Source: a virus
IMG/VR virus record: IMGVR_UViG_3300025437_000011
Span: 32,001 to 96,000 of that record
Length of the DNA: 64,000 nt
Direction: 5' to 3' (one strand)
Made by a program: the position numbers and the translations under genes. Of this stretch, positions 28,412 through 38,367 are shown piece after piece; the first letter of the stretch is position 1, and the number at the start of each line of letters is the position of its first letter. The notes under the pieces were generated by a model that was not told where the DNA came from, ran no database searches, and saw only the letters and a program-made list of their open reading frames with translations.

Positions 28412-29020
28412 ATGAATACCTTTTATATAGGAATAAGTGGAGTAGCCAGAGCGGGTAAAGATAGTTTTTCTGATATGTTATTGGACAGAATAAAGGCATC
28501 GGGCTTTAACGTCAAGCGACTATCTTTGGCAACCCCACTAAAGAATGACTGTAAGCACTTTATAAGTGAAAAGTTGGGACTTGATGTGTGGACAAACAAT
28601 ACTGAAGAAAAATCTATTTTTAGAGAGCTTTTGGTTTGGTATGGCAAGGTAAAGCGCCAGCAGACGCAGGGCAAATATTGGACTTCCCTATTAGAAAATG
28701 AAGTAGAGATTGCGCCACCAGAGGTTTGTATTATTTCCGATATTCGTTACCAACAATATGAAGAGGATGAAGTTCATTGGCTAAAGAATAAAATGAATGG
28801 CGTTTTAATTCATGTTGAGAGAACAGATATAGATGGAAAGGTAGTTCCTCCTGCCAATATGGATGAGACAATTAATGATTCAATCGTTAAAGAGCATGCA
28901 GACTATCGTGTTTCGTGGCCAACAGTTGGTGCCGAAGATCTTTATACTCTCGACATCTATGCAAAAAAGGCTTATGATTCTGTAATCCGAGAAAAACTAT
29001 ATGCAGCAAAAAATTCGTAG
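28412..29020 (+). CDS. Deoxynucleoside monophosphate kinase
   Basis: GISGVARAGKD, SLATPLK, IISDIRY..E. Confidence 0.85.
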   Translation: MNTFYIGISGVARAGKDSFSDMLLDRIKASGFNVKRLSLATPLKNDCKHFISEKLGLDVWTNNTEEKSIFRELLVWYGKVKRQQTQGKYWTSLLENEVEIAPPEVCIISDIRYQQYEEDEVHWLKNKMNGVLIHVERTDIDGKVVPPANMDETINDSIVKEHADYRVSWPTVGAEDLYTLDIYAKKAYDSVIREKLYAAKNS

Positions 29021-30491
29021 TGTTAATGTAGAAAAGCATGTTCTGGCCGGGTTCATTAAGCACCCGCAGTCATATCATGATGTGGCTCACTTTATCAATG
29101 AGCAAGACTTTACGAATGGTCACAAGACTATTTTTGGTGTGATTAAAAATCAAATTATTCACAACCAGCCACTTGATCCAGTCATTCTTTCAGAGAAGAT
29201 TAAGAACTTGGGAATTAGCTTTAATAAGCCTGATTTCAATATTTTTGATTATATTGAGAGCCTGACCTTCCTAAAGATTAGTCAGAAGTCTCTGCTTGAA
29301 GCATGCAAGGAGTTAAAGACAGTTACTATTCGCAGGGAAATTTGTGAGACCTCTCAACAGATTCAAGAGGCAATGGCAAATGCTGGAGATCAGAGTCCAG
29401 ACAAGATTATTAGCTTGGCCGATAAGATGTACAATGATAAGATTAGTGCATATGATTTAGATGTTAAACCAGAAGATCTTTTTGCCAATATTGAACAGAT
29501 GATCGAAGAGAGGGCAAATGCCCCTGTTGATGAATTGGGATATATCACTCCATATAAGAATTTTAATCAGATGTATGGTGGATTGCGGCCGGGCGAGTTA
29601 TATGCTTGGGTTTCTAGACCAAAGCATGGTAAGTCAACAATTCTAAATGATATTGCAACCAAAGCAACAATCATTAATCCAAAGATGAGGGCACTTGTTT
29701 TAGATACTGAAATGCAAACGAATGTAATGAAGTTTCGTATTGCAAGCGCTATTACTGGAATTCCAATGTGGTATTTAGAGACTGGTAACTTTAAGAATAA
29801 TAAAGAATTACTTGCAAGATGGAACAGTAAAAAGACTGAGCTTTCCCTAATTCAAGGAAGGGTTAACCATATGCAAGTTGCTGGAAAACCAGTCGAAGAA
29901 ATTGAATCAATCATTCAGCGTTGGTATCTGAGCGAAGTCGGAAGAGGTAATCCCGCAATCGTGGTTTATGATTACATAAAGCTAACAGGAGAGGCTGGTA
30001 ATGGAAATAAACAGGAATATCAATTAATTGGAGATAAGGTTGATTCATTAAAGAACCTATCAGTTCGCTTGAATATTCCACTTCTTACAGCTTGTCAGTT
30101 AAATCGTAGCGCTGAGAATGGTACTGATGATAGTTCCGCAATCGCGCAGAGTGACCGTCTACAATGGTTTGCCGCTTATGTTGGAATCTTTAGAAGGAAG
30201 ACCCTTGAGGAACAGGCAGAAGATGGCGCACATTATGGAACCCATAAGATGATTGAATTAGCGGCACGTTACCAAGGTAAGCATGCTCATGGTCATAGCG
30301 ACCTTGTTAAAGTTCGGGAGGGTAATCAAGTTAAATATAAGAAAAACTTTATTTCTTTTGAGGTTAATAACTTTAACGTAACCGAGAAAGCAACCCTTCA
30401 AGATATTGTTGATTCTAAAAATGGAATTAAAGTTGACGTATTCGACAGAGACTATAAGGAAGAAGATGGGGAGGATGACAACCTACTATGA
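29001..30491 (+). CDS. dnaB: Replicative helicase, DnaB-like
   Basis: GGLRPGEL..SRPKHGKST, DTEM, YDYIKL, CQLNR, AQSDRL. Confidence 0.92.
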   Translation: MQQKIRSVNVEKHVLAGFIKHPQSYHDVAHFINEQDFTNGHKTIFGVIKNQIIHNQPLDPVILSEKIKNLGISFNKPDFNIFDYIESLTFLKISQKSLLEACKELKTVTIRREICETSQQIQEAMANAGDQSPDKIISLADKMYNDKISAYDLDVKPEDLFANIEQMIEERANAPVDELGYITPYKNFNQMYGGLRPGELYAWVSRPKHGKSTILNDIATKATIINPKMRALVLDTEMQTNVMKFRIASAITGIPMWYLETGNFKNNKELLARWNSKKTELSLIQGRVNHMQVAGKPVEEIESIIQRWYLSEVGRGNPAIVVYDYIKLTGEAGNGNKQEYQLIGDKVDSLKNLSVRLNIPLLTACQLNRSAENGTDDSSAIAQSDRLQWFAAYVGIFRRKTLEEQAEDGAHYGTHKMIELAARYQGKHAHGHSDLVKVREGNQVKYKKNFISFEVNNFNVTEKATLQDIVDSKNGIKVDVFDRDYKEEDGEDDNLL

Positions 30492-31390
30492 ACTTAGTCG
30501 ATATATTGAGAAATGCTGGTTGCAAGCCAACTAATCATGGAACATATATAACCTGTGCCGGAAAGTATCGTGGCGGCGATGACCCAACCTCTGTTGCCGT
30601 ATATCCACAAACCGGAACTGTTCATGATTTTGTTACTAGTAAAACCATGTCTATTGAGGAATTTCTAAAGAAAACCTTAAATCTAAAATCTCAAGATCAA
30701 TTAAATAAAATACTATCTGGAACAAAAGAATATTATTCTTCCTGTTTTGCTGAACAGGATAATGATGATCCGTTTAATAAAACAACTAAATATTATTCAA
30801 GTGATGATATGCTTTCATTAGAGTGGGATCATTCTTACTGGAATGGTAGAAATATTTCCGATCAAACAGTAACCGCCTTTCAGGGCGGAGTTTGCAAGTC
30901 TGGAAAGATGGAGAATAGATATGTATTCCCAATTTTTAATTCAAGAAAAAAGATTGAAGGATTCTCTGGCAGAGATATTACTGGAAAGTCAAAAATTAAG
31001 TGGAAGCATATTGGCAAAAAAAGCGACTGGGCTTATCCTCTATATTTTAGTCATAAGTATGTAACAGAACATGATGAAATTATTTTAGTTGAGAGTATTG
31101 GAGATATGCTATCCTTATGGCAATGTGGGATTAGGAATATTGCAATAACATTCGGAACAGACATAGGTTCCGGATTATTAAAAGCAGTCTTGCGTTTAGA
31201 TCCAAAAAAGATTATTATTGCCACTAATAACGATGAGAACCAAGCTGGACAAAAAGCGGCGCAAAAGATCAAGTCAAAATTAATCGAGTTTTTTGATGAA
31301 TCTCAAATTCAAATCTATCATCCGATCAAAAATGATTTTGGTGAACAAACCGAAGAAGAAAACTTAGCATGGTTAGAAAATATTAAATAA
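30488..31390 (+). CDS. dnaG: DNA primase (TOPRIM)
   Basis: RYVFPI...GFSGR, KWKH, LVESIGDMLS, NDFGE; coupled to the helicase gene. Confidence 0.85.
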   Translation: MNLVDILRNAGCKPTNHGTYITCAGKYRGGDDPTSVAVYPQTGTVHDFVTSKTMSIEEFLKKTLNLKSQDQLNKILSGTKEYYSSCFAEQDNDDPFNKTTKYYSSDDMLSLEWDHSYWNGRNISDQTVTAFQGGVCKSGKMENRYVFPIFNSRKKIEGFSGRDITGKSKIKWKHIGKKSDWAYPLYFSHKYVTEHDEIILVESIGDMLSLWQCGIRNIAITFGTDIGSGLLKAVLRLDPKKIIIATNNDENQAGQKAAQKIKSKLIEFFDESQIQIYHPIKNDFGEQTEEENLAWLENIK

Positions 31391-31391
31391 T

Positions 31392-31880
31392 ATGAGACTT
31401 TCATTTGATGAATATGGAGCGCTTTTAGCCCTTGTAATTAAAAGCAGGTCAGAAGACCCTCACACACAGGTCGGAGGAGTAGCTTTTAATAATGAGAAAA
31501 GAATTAAATCAACTGGATATAATGGATTAAAATCTGGAATGATAATGCCCGAATGGATGAGACTAGAACATAATCGTGCCGAGAAGGGCGATTTGATGAT
31601 TCATTGTGAAAGTAATTTGTGTTCAGGACTCACCAAAGGAGAATGCGATACTATATATTTAACTATTAGTCCATGCATAAAATGCTGTCAAAATATTGCG
31701 GCTTTAGATATTAAAAGAGTTATATATATCAAAGAATATACAAAATGTAATAAATATAAAGAGTTTCTATCCTTTCATGGTATAGGATATAGAGAACTCT
31801 CAGATCAAGAAAAACAAAATATTAAAAACTACTTAATAGATCATAATAATTTTCTTGAATTAGCCTTAAATAATGTGTAA
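31392..31880 (+). CDS. dCMP deaminase
   Basis: RSEDPHTQVG, TGYNG, HCESN, SPCIKC. Confidence 0.9.
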   Translation: MRLSFDEYGALLALVIKSRSEDPHTQVGGVAFNNEKRIKSTGYNGLKSGMIMPEWMRLEHNRAEKGDLMIHCESNLCSGLTKGECDTIYLTISPCIKCCQNIAALDIKRVIYIKEYTKCNKYKEFLSFHGIGYRELSDQEKQNIKNYLIDHNNFLELALNNV

Positions 31881-31888
31881 TATTGTAC

Positions 31889-32821
31889 ATGACTAAAACT
31901 CCAATTAAAAACTTATCTCAGACGATAAGGTCTTCTATAATAGACGATTATAAGTTAAATTATCTAACTCTAGATAAATTGGCAGAGAAGTATAATTATA
32001 GTAATGTTGCTATAAGTAATTTTTTAAACTCTCAAAAAGTTAACAGAAGGAGTTTAACTGATTGTCATAGAAAATATTCTATTAATGAAAATTATTTCTC
32101 AAAAATAAACACAGAAGAAAAAGCCTATTTTTTAGGACTTTTATATGCCGATGGTTACCTAAATGAAAAACGACATGCAATTTCACTGCAACTTCAGGAA
32201 AAAGATCGGGCAATACTAGATACCTTAAATAAATCTATAGGGTCTTCTCGCCCACTATTGTTTATTAATTCCAAGAAATATAATCCAAATTCATCCAACT
32301 GCTACAGGTTAAATATAACTAATAAAAAAATTACTGAAGATTTGCTTAATATTGGTATTTTTCAAAATAAAAGTTTATCATTAAAATTTCCTTCACGCAA
32401 AATAATTAGTAACCGTTTTTTGAATCATTTTATTCGCGGCTATTTTGATGGCGATGGATCCCAGTCTCTTTACTTTCCAAAGAGAAATAACCGTTCTAAT
32501 AAATCAATGCAATCAGATATAAAAATATTATCTACTATTGAGTTTATTACCGAAGCTATTTTTAGAATGCAATCAGTAAATTCAAATTTGCAATTTTCAG
32601 TTACAAAAAGATTTAAAGACAATATAAATTGTTATAATTTAGTGGTTTCCGGAAATGCACAAGTTTTAGAATTTATGTCGTATATATACAATAAATCTTC
32701 TATATATTTAAACAGAAAAAAGCAAAGATTTGAAGAATTTAAATCTATAGTTGCTAGTGGTAAAAATTGCAAAGCAAAGCAAAAACTAAATCTTATAAAC
32801 ACAAAGGCGGCTTCTGTATGA
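31889..32821 (+). mobile_element. Free-standing double-motif LAGLIDADG homing endonuclease gene
   Basis: AYFLGLLYADG and HFIRGYFDGDGS, N-terminal HTH, YLNRKK end; flanking genes look intact. Confidence 0.85.
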
Positions 32822-33813
32822 GCGAAGAACTGGTGAGGCTTTCTGCAAGCCGTATTAAGACCCTGCAATCATGTAGCTGGAGTTATTACTCTAACTATGT
32901 ATTAAAGTTGCCACAAAAGAATAATTCTGGCGCAATGCGTGGAACTATTGCCCATCTAATATTTGAAGTACTATCTAACCCAAGGCATAGTAAATATGTA
33001 AATAAAATTATAAAAGCTGGAACATGCAAGAAAGTAAAGCCTGTATGGAAATTGATTTTCAAAAATGCAAAGAAAATGAAGCTTGATCTAGATGAGATTG
33101 TTAAACCTATCAAAAAAGAGGGCGAAATGACAAATCTAAAATGCATTGATACGATGATTCAAGTTGGTCTTAAGTACGATTTTATTAATGAGCAAAAACT
33201 AATTGGTAGTGAGTGGGCATTTGATATTACCAACGAAAGCCCTAAGTATAGAATTTTAGGATTCGTTGATCGTCTTGTTGAAGACGATGGAACACTAATT
33301 ATTCGTGACTACAAAAGTAGCAAAAAAACATTTAGTGGAGAGGAGCTAGAAAGCAATCTTCAGTCTATGATGTATTCATTGGCCGCTAGAAATAAGTATC
33401 CAGATTACAAGAATGTTAATGTTAAATTTTTATTCCTAAGATATCCAGATGCCCCAGAACAGGAATCTCCAGAGTTTAGCGAGATTGAACTGGCGGGATT
33501 TGAACACTATCTTGAGTATATCAGTAATCAATTACAGAATTTTACGGAAGAAAAGGGTAAGGCAAATTTTGCTAAACACGACTTTGCAAAAAAGTGGATG
33601 TGTCAAACCAAGTCGGGCTGGAAGTGTCCGTATCTCGACGCTATGGAATACAAGGCTCTAGTAGACAAAGATGGTAAGCTTATTAAATGTATTTTTAATA
33701 CCGAAGAGTTTAAAGTAGAAGAAATTAAAGAGGGCTATAAGGTAGAAGTTCGTAACTATGAGGGGTGCCCGGCATGGAAGAAGAAAGAAATGAAAGATCC
33801 GTTTGACTTTTGA
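32818..33813 (+). CDS. PD-(D/E)XK exonuclease (RecB/Cas4-like)
   Basis: LSASRIKTLQSC, GTIAH, GFVDRL, IRDYKSS, QSMMY, C-terminal Cys residues. Confidence 0.88.
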   Translation: MSEELVRLSASRIKTLQSCSWSYYSNYVLKLPQKNNSGAMRGTIAHLIFEVLSNPRHSKYVNKIIKAGTCKKVKPVWKLIFKNAKKMKLDLDEIVKPIKKEGEMTNLKCIDTMIQVGLKYDFINEQKLIGSEWAFDITNESPKYRILGFVDRLVEDDGTLIIRDYKSSKKTFSGEELESNLQSMMYSLAARNKYPDYKNVNVKFLFLRYPDAPEQESPEFSEIELAGFEHYLEYISNQLQNFTEEKGKANFAKHDFAKKWMCQTKSGWKCPYLDAMEYKALVDKDGKLIKCIFNTEEFKVEEIKEGYKVEVRNYEGCPAWKKKEMKDPFDF

Positions 33814-33831
33814 GGAAAGTTTGTATAGAAT
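33803..33831 (+). promoter_or_regulatory. sigma70-like promoter
   Basis: TTGACT-17-TAGAAT, 6 nt before ATG 33838. Confidence 0.75.
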
Positions 33832-33837
33832 GGTGGA

Positions 33838-34398
33838 ATGCAATACATATGCGTTAACCAAATCAATGAACACGGTCTCAGAAAATTTCGCCAAGACTTT
33901 TGGAACCTAGAAAGAAATTCTCCACAACCAATTATTCCTATCATTATTGATAGTTATGGCGGCGATGTTTATTCTGTATTTGGAATGATTAGCCTTATCA
34001 AGGCAAGCCAAAAGAATATTGCTACAATTTGTGACTCTAAGGCCATGAGCGCCGGGGCACTACTGCTATCTTCGGGAACAAAAGGACTGAGATTTGCCAG
34101 TGAGTTTTCCCATATTATGATTCATGAGGTTCTAACTGGCAATCCACACGCAAAGATTAGTGATATTAATATTGACACTAACCATGCAATGGCGCTAAAC
34201 AAGCAAGTTTTCTCAATTCTAGACAAGAATTGCGGACAAAAGCCCGGCTACTTCGTTAAGCTTGTAGATACAAACAAGAATAGTAATTTATATTTAACTT
34301 CCAAACAGGCCAAAAAGTATGGTATAGTTGACCATGTGGATGTTCCAAAGCTAGAGATCAATACAGAGTTTTCGATTATGCGTTCCAATCTTCTTTAA
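33838..34398 (+). CDS. clpP: ClpP-like protease subunit
   Basis: IDSYGGDV, AMSAG (catalytic Ser), MIHE (His), AKKYGIVD. Confidence 0.85.
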   Translation: MQYICVNQINEHGLRKFRQDFWNLERNSPQPIIPIIIDSYGGDVYSVFGMISLIKASQKNIATICDSKAMSAGALLLSSGTKGLRFASEFSHIMIHEVLTGNPHAKISDINIDTNHAMALNKQVFSILDKNCGQKPGYFVKLVDTNKNSNLYLTSKQAKKYGIVDHVDVPKLEINTEFSIMRSNLL

Positions 34399-35145
34399 AT
34401 GACACTGCCAATCTTCAGATCTAACTATTCTTTAACCTCTATACTTACTCTTGATAAGTATCAGAAGTGGCAGGAGAGAAAACCAAATCGTGCAGATTCT
34501 ATCATTAATATCTGTTGCGATCTTGGACAGTCTGATGTTTTTATTGCAGAAAATAATTTAAGCGGATTAGTAGAAGCTTATGAGAATGCTAGCTCTGCCG
34601 GATTAAATTTACGCTATGGTTATCGTGTAACCGTTTGTGCTAATCTGGAATATAAAACTCCAGATTCACAGAAAACTGAAAATAAATTAATTATCTTTGC
34701 AAAGAAGAATAGTTTTTCAGACCTAATCAAACTTCATAACCTATCAACTTCTGTTGGCAATTACGAAGGCAAGCCAAGACTAGACTATCAAACAATCAAA
34801 AAGAATTGGACAAAAAATCTGTTGATGGTTATCCCATTCTATGATTCATATATTTTTAATAATTTATTACATGGTAGCGAATGTATTCCCGATATAGATT
34901 TTGCAGATCCATATATTTGCATTGAAAATAATAATTTACCGTTTGACAGTTTAGTTAGAGATCAAATTCTTTCAAGCGTAAAATATAATCAGATTGACTC
35001 GAAAACAGTTTACTATAAGGACAAAAAAGATTTTAATGCTTATATGACCTATCGTTGCATTCTAAACCGAACAACATTCCAGAAGCCAGAGTTGGCACAC
35101 TTTGGCAGTAATGAGTTTTGTATGGAGGCTATTTATGCAAGATAA
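34399..35145 (+). CDS. Stand-alone degenerate PHP domain of DNA polymerase III alpha
   Basis: RSNYS..SILT, ENNLSG, LIIFAK, DLIKL resemble the DnaE PHP fold but lack the usual His ligands. Confidence 0.7.
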   Translation: MTLPIFRSNYSLTSILTLDKYQKWQERKPNRADSIINICCDLGQSDVFIAENNLSGLVEAYENASSAGLNLRYGYRVTVCANLEYKTPDSQKTENKLIIFAKKNSFSDLIKLHNLSTSVGNYEGKPRLDYQTIKKNWTKNLLMVIPFYDSYIFNNLLHGSECIPDIDFADPYICIENNNLPFDSLVRDQILSSVKYNQIDSKTVYYKDKKDFNAYMTYRCILNRTTFQKPELAHFGSNEFCMEAIYAR

Positions 35146-35767
35146 TCTTTTAAGATTTAAAAAGGATCAAAAGTATCTAGTTTTTGATACGGAAACTGAA
35201 AGCTTGAACTTGGTTAATTCTAGACCTTGGCAAATTTCTTGGGCAATTGCGCAAGGTGATAAGATTCTTAAACACGAAGATCGTTTTGTTTATTGGGATA
35301 ACCTAAAAATGTCGGATGGTGCGGCGAAGATTACCCGATTTGATCGCGCAAAATGGAACAGTAAAGCAGAAGATCCAAAGACAGTTTTAGAAGCATTTGA
35401 CAAGTATCTTTATAATCCAGAATATTTAATTATTGGTGCAAACTTATTTGGTTTTGATATTTATCAGCACAATAACGCTAGAAGAGAGATCGGGTTAAAA
35501 ACTGATTATTCTTATATTAATAGGATTATTGATGTTCAGGCTCTTCAAAAAGGAATTTTTTTAGGATTAAAAACAGTTCCCGAAAACAGGACTGCTTGGC
35601 ACTATCAAATGCAAAACTTCCGCCAAAGAGGGCTAAAAACTTCAGTAAAACACCTTTGTTCAGTATATGATATTGACTATGATGAAAATAAAGCGCATGA
35701 TGCAGTATATGATAATAATCTAGTTTTCTCTATTTTTAGAAAGCAGATTTATTCTATTGAAGTATGA
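35135..35767 (+). CDS. DEDDh 3'-5' exonuclease (Pol III epsilon-like)
   Basis: FDTETE, GANLFGFD, AHDAVYD. Confidence 0.88.
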   Translation: MQDNLLRFKKDQKYLVFDTETESLNLVNSRPWQISWAIAQGDKILKHEDRFVYWDNLKMSDGAAKITRFDRAKWNSKAEDPKTVLEAFDKYLYNPEYLIIGANLFGFDIYQHNNARREIGLKTDYSYINRIIDVQALQKGIFLGLKTVPENRTAWHYQMQNFRQRGLKTSVKHLCSVYDIDYDENKAHDAVYDNNLVFSIFRKQIYSIEV

Positions 35768-38301
35768 ACGATAAATTTTTAAAAGAATTCGGAAAAGTAA
35801 AGATTAACAAAGTTAATCTTGTCCGTTTACCAGAGATCTCTCTTAACCAAACAGAGAAACAGGTAGTCTCAAAAAATACAGAGACGAACGATGAATTTCT
35901 AAAACAATTAATTAATGATGGATGGAGAAAGTTTAGAGATAAGGTTTCAGAGGATAAAAAACAAGTCTACTTGGATAGACTGAAGGAAGAGTTTTCTATT
36001 GTACAAGACTTGGGGTTTGTTGATTACTTCCTATTAGTTTGGCGCGTTATTAATAAAGCACGAGAACTTGGGGCTTTTATTGATTGGGGGCGCGGAAGTG
36101 CCGCTGGCAGTTTGATTTTCTTTTTACTTGGTGTAACAGGCGTAGACCCTGTAGATAAAAAGTTATTCTTTACGCGATTTATTTCCAAAGTTCGTGCAAA
36201 GAAAGAAGTTATTGATGGAGTTACTTATATTCAAGGTGACCTTGCGCCTGATGTTGATATTAACTTGGGCGGCGTTCGAGAAGAGATTATTCAATGGTTA
36301 AAAGAGTGCTATCCTAATAAGGTTGGCAAAATTGCCGCCCTATCCACTTTCTCTGGAAAGATTCTAGTTAAAGATGTTTTTAAAATTATTAATGAAGCCA
36401 ATGAAGAAATGGCAGTTGATCTCGCTGACACAATCGGAAAGACATTCGGAGTTGTTGAAGATATTGAAGACTCTTATAAGAACAGTGAAAAATTTAAGCT
36501 ATGGGCAGATACTTATCCAGATTCATATGCAATCGCATTAAAATTACGCGATCTTATTCGTGGAAAGTCAACCCATGCTAGCGGTTATTTTATTTCTTAT
36601 TATCCATTAGACAAGTTTGTTCCGACCGAATTAAACAAAGATGGTGAGATTTCTATCTCTTATGAGATGAATACTGCCGCAAAGTTTGGAATTAAGCTAG
36701 ATCTTCTCGGCTTAACAAGTAATGAAATTATTAAGGATGTATTTGATAGGATTCCAGAGAAGCTAGAAGACATTGATCTTGATGCTAATCCAGAAGTTTA
36801 TAAACATCTTCAAAGCGATAATCTTAAACCATACGGCCTATATCAAATTAGCGCAGATTGCGCCTATAGGGTATGTCAAAAAATTAAACCAGCCAATATT
36901 CAAGAATTGAGTGATGTGAACGCTATAGCGCGACCTGGCGCCTTGGCATATGAAGATAAATATGTTTGCATGTCTGGTGAGCCTCCACATGAGAAATTGG
37001 CGCACATTTTCAAAGACAGTAGAAATCTACCTCTTTATCAAGAGCAACTAATTCAATCCCTAGTTGCGGTTGGATTTACTCCTGATGAAGGTGAGTATAT
37101 CCGAAGAATTGTCGGAAAGAAAAAGAGAGAAGAGATGCCGAAGTGGAAAGAGAAGGTATTTGAGACCTGTAACAAGAATGGTTTTGGCGATGCAGTTGCG
37201 GAGGCTATTTGGAAGGTCATGATTGATTCTGCCGACTATTCATTTAATTTGAGTCATAGCTATTCAGTTGCTTACCTCGGCGCTCTAACTGTATATTTAA
37301 AGTATAAATATCCATTAGAATTCTATACGGCTTGTCTGAATGCTAGCCAACGTCTTCCAGATCCTATGGATGAAATTAGGCGAATTCAGCAGGAGCTTCC
37401 GCATTTTGGAATTCAACTTCTACCGCCGCATCTTCTAAAGTCCGATATGAACTTTAAGATTGATGGTAAGAATATTCGTTTCGGACTGAGCGCAGTCAAG
37501 GGTATTTCGGATAGCGCAATGGAAAAGCTGGTAAAGTTTCGTGGAGAATATGATAGTAAGATTGATTGTTTAGTAGCGGCAAAACAGGCCGGACTAAATA
37601 TCGGTGTTCTATCCTCTCTGATTCAAGCCGGGGCATTAGATGAACTTGGAACCAAGAGAACAAGGCTTGTTCTTGAGGCCCAAACCTATAACTTACTAAC
37701 AGATCGTGAAAAGCGTCTAGTTAAAACAATTCATGACGAAACCGAAGAGAAAGATATTCTTAATATTGTCAAGATACTAAATGAAAAGCAACAGATAAAA
37801 GATAGCCGCTTTGAAACAATTAAGTCAAAATATAATACATATAAAGATATTTATATGTTAAATTCCAGAAATGAGGAGATTACTAATTACTTCTATGAAA
37901 AGAACTGTCTTGGATTTAGTTATAGCCAAAACTTAACAACTATCTTTAAAAAGAAAAATACTGATTTTACAACAATTCGTAATATACTAGAACATAAGAA
38001 GGAAAACGATAAGGTTATCATGGTTGGGCAAATCATTGAAAGCAAAACCTCTAAATCCAAAAATGGAAATAAATTCTTTAGGGCAGTTGTTGCAGATGAT
38101 ACAGGAACCATTACCACTCTACTTTTCGATGGTAAACAGGGGCTTTTTGAGGAATGTAAGGATGACAATGGTGGAAACTTTCCAGAAGAGAACGATATTG
38201 TTGCGATTAAGGGAAGAAGAAAGGGTACGGATGCCATTTTCGCTGACAAGATTGTGGTTCAAGACTGTAAGATATATAAAAACATGCGTGATTTAAAATG
38301 A
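35764..38301 (+). CDS. dnaE: DNA polymerase III alpha catalytic subunit lacking the PHP domain
   Basis: GRGSAAGSL, PDVD, STHASG, KLDLLGL, RPG, YQEQ, YSFNLSH, YPLEFY, C-terminal OB fold. Confidence 0.95.
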   Translation: MNDKFLKEFGKVKINKVNLVRLPEISLNQTEKQVVSKNTETNDEFLKQLINDGWRKFRDKVSEDKKQVYLDRLKEEFSIVQDLGFVDYFLLVWRVINKARELGAFIDWGRGSAAGSLIFFLLGVTGVDPVDKKLFFTRFISKVRAKKEVIDGVTYIQGDLAPDVDINLGGVREEIIQWLKECYPNKVGKIAALSTFSGKILVKDVFKIINEANEEMAVDLADTIGKTFGVVEDIEDSYKNSEKFKLWADTYPDSYAIALKLRDLIRGKSTHASGYFISYYPLDKFVPTELNKDGEISISYEMNTAAKFGIKLDLLGLTSNEIIKDVFDRIPEKLEDIDLDANPEVYKHLQSDNLKPYGLYQISADCAYRVCQKIKPANIQELSDVNAIARPGALAYEDKYVCMSGEPPHEKLAHIFKDSRNLPLYQEQLIQSLVAVGFTPDEGEYIRRIVGKKKREEMPKWKEKVFETCNKNGFGDAVAEAIWKVMIDSADYSFNLSHSYSVAYLGALTVYLKYKYPLEFYTACLNASQRLPDPMDEIRRIQQELPHFGIQLLPPHLLKSDMNFKIDGKNIRFGLSAVKGISDSAMEKLVKFRGEYDSKIDCLVAAKQAGLNIGVLSSLIQAGALDELGTKRTRLVLEAQTYNLLTDREKRLVKTIHDETEEKDILNIVKILNEKQQIKDSRFETIKSKYNTYKDIYMLNSRNEEITNYFYEKNCLGFSYSQNLTTIFKKKNTDFTTIRNILEHKKENDKVIMVGQIIESKTSKSKNGNKFFRAVVADDTGTITTLLFDGKQGLFEECKDDNGGNFPEENDIVAIKGRRKGTDAIFADKIVVQDCKIYKNMRDLK

Positions 38302-38367
38302 TTTTTTAAACCCTTGGGGGTAATATGGAAATAGGGGTGTAATTTAAGTATAATAACTTTAAATAAT

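Noticed and set aside
31889-32821. Group I intron or intein hosting the LAGLIDADG ORF
   Set aside because: Flanking genes look complete, there is no spare non-coding sequence for a ribozyme core, and no intein terminal motifs are evident.
32818-33813. Cas4 as part of a CRISPR system
   Set aside because: No cas1/cas2 or array; the context is a replication module.
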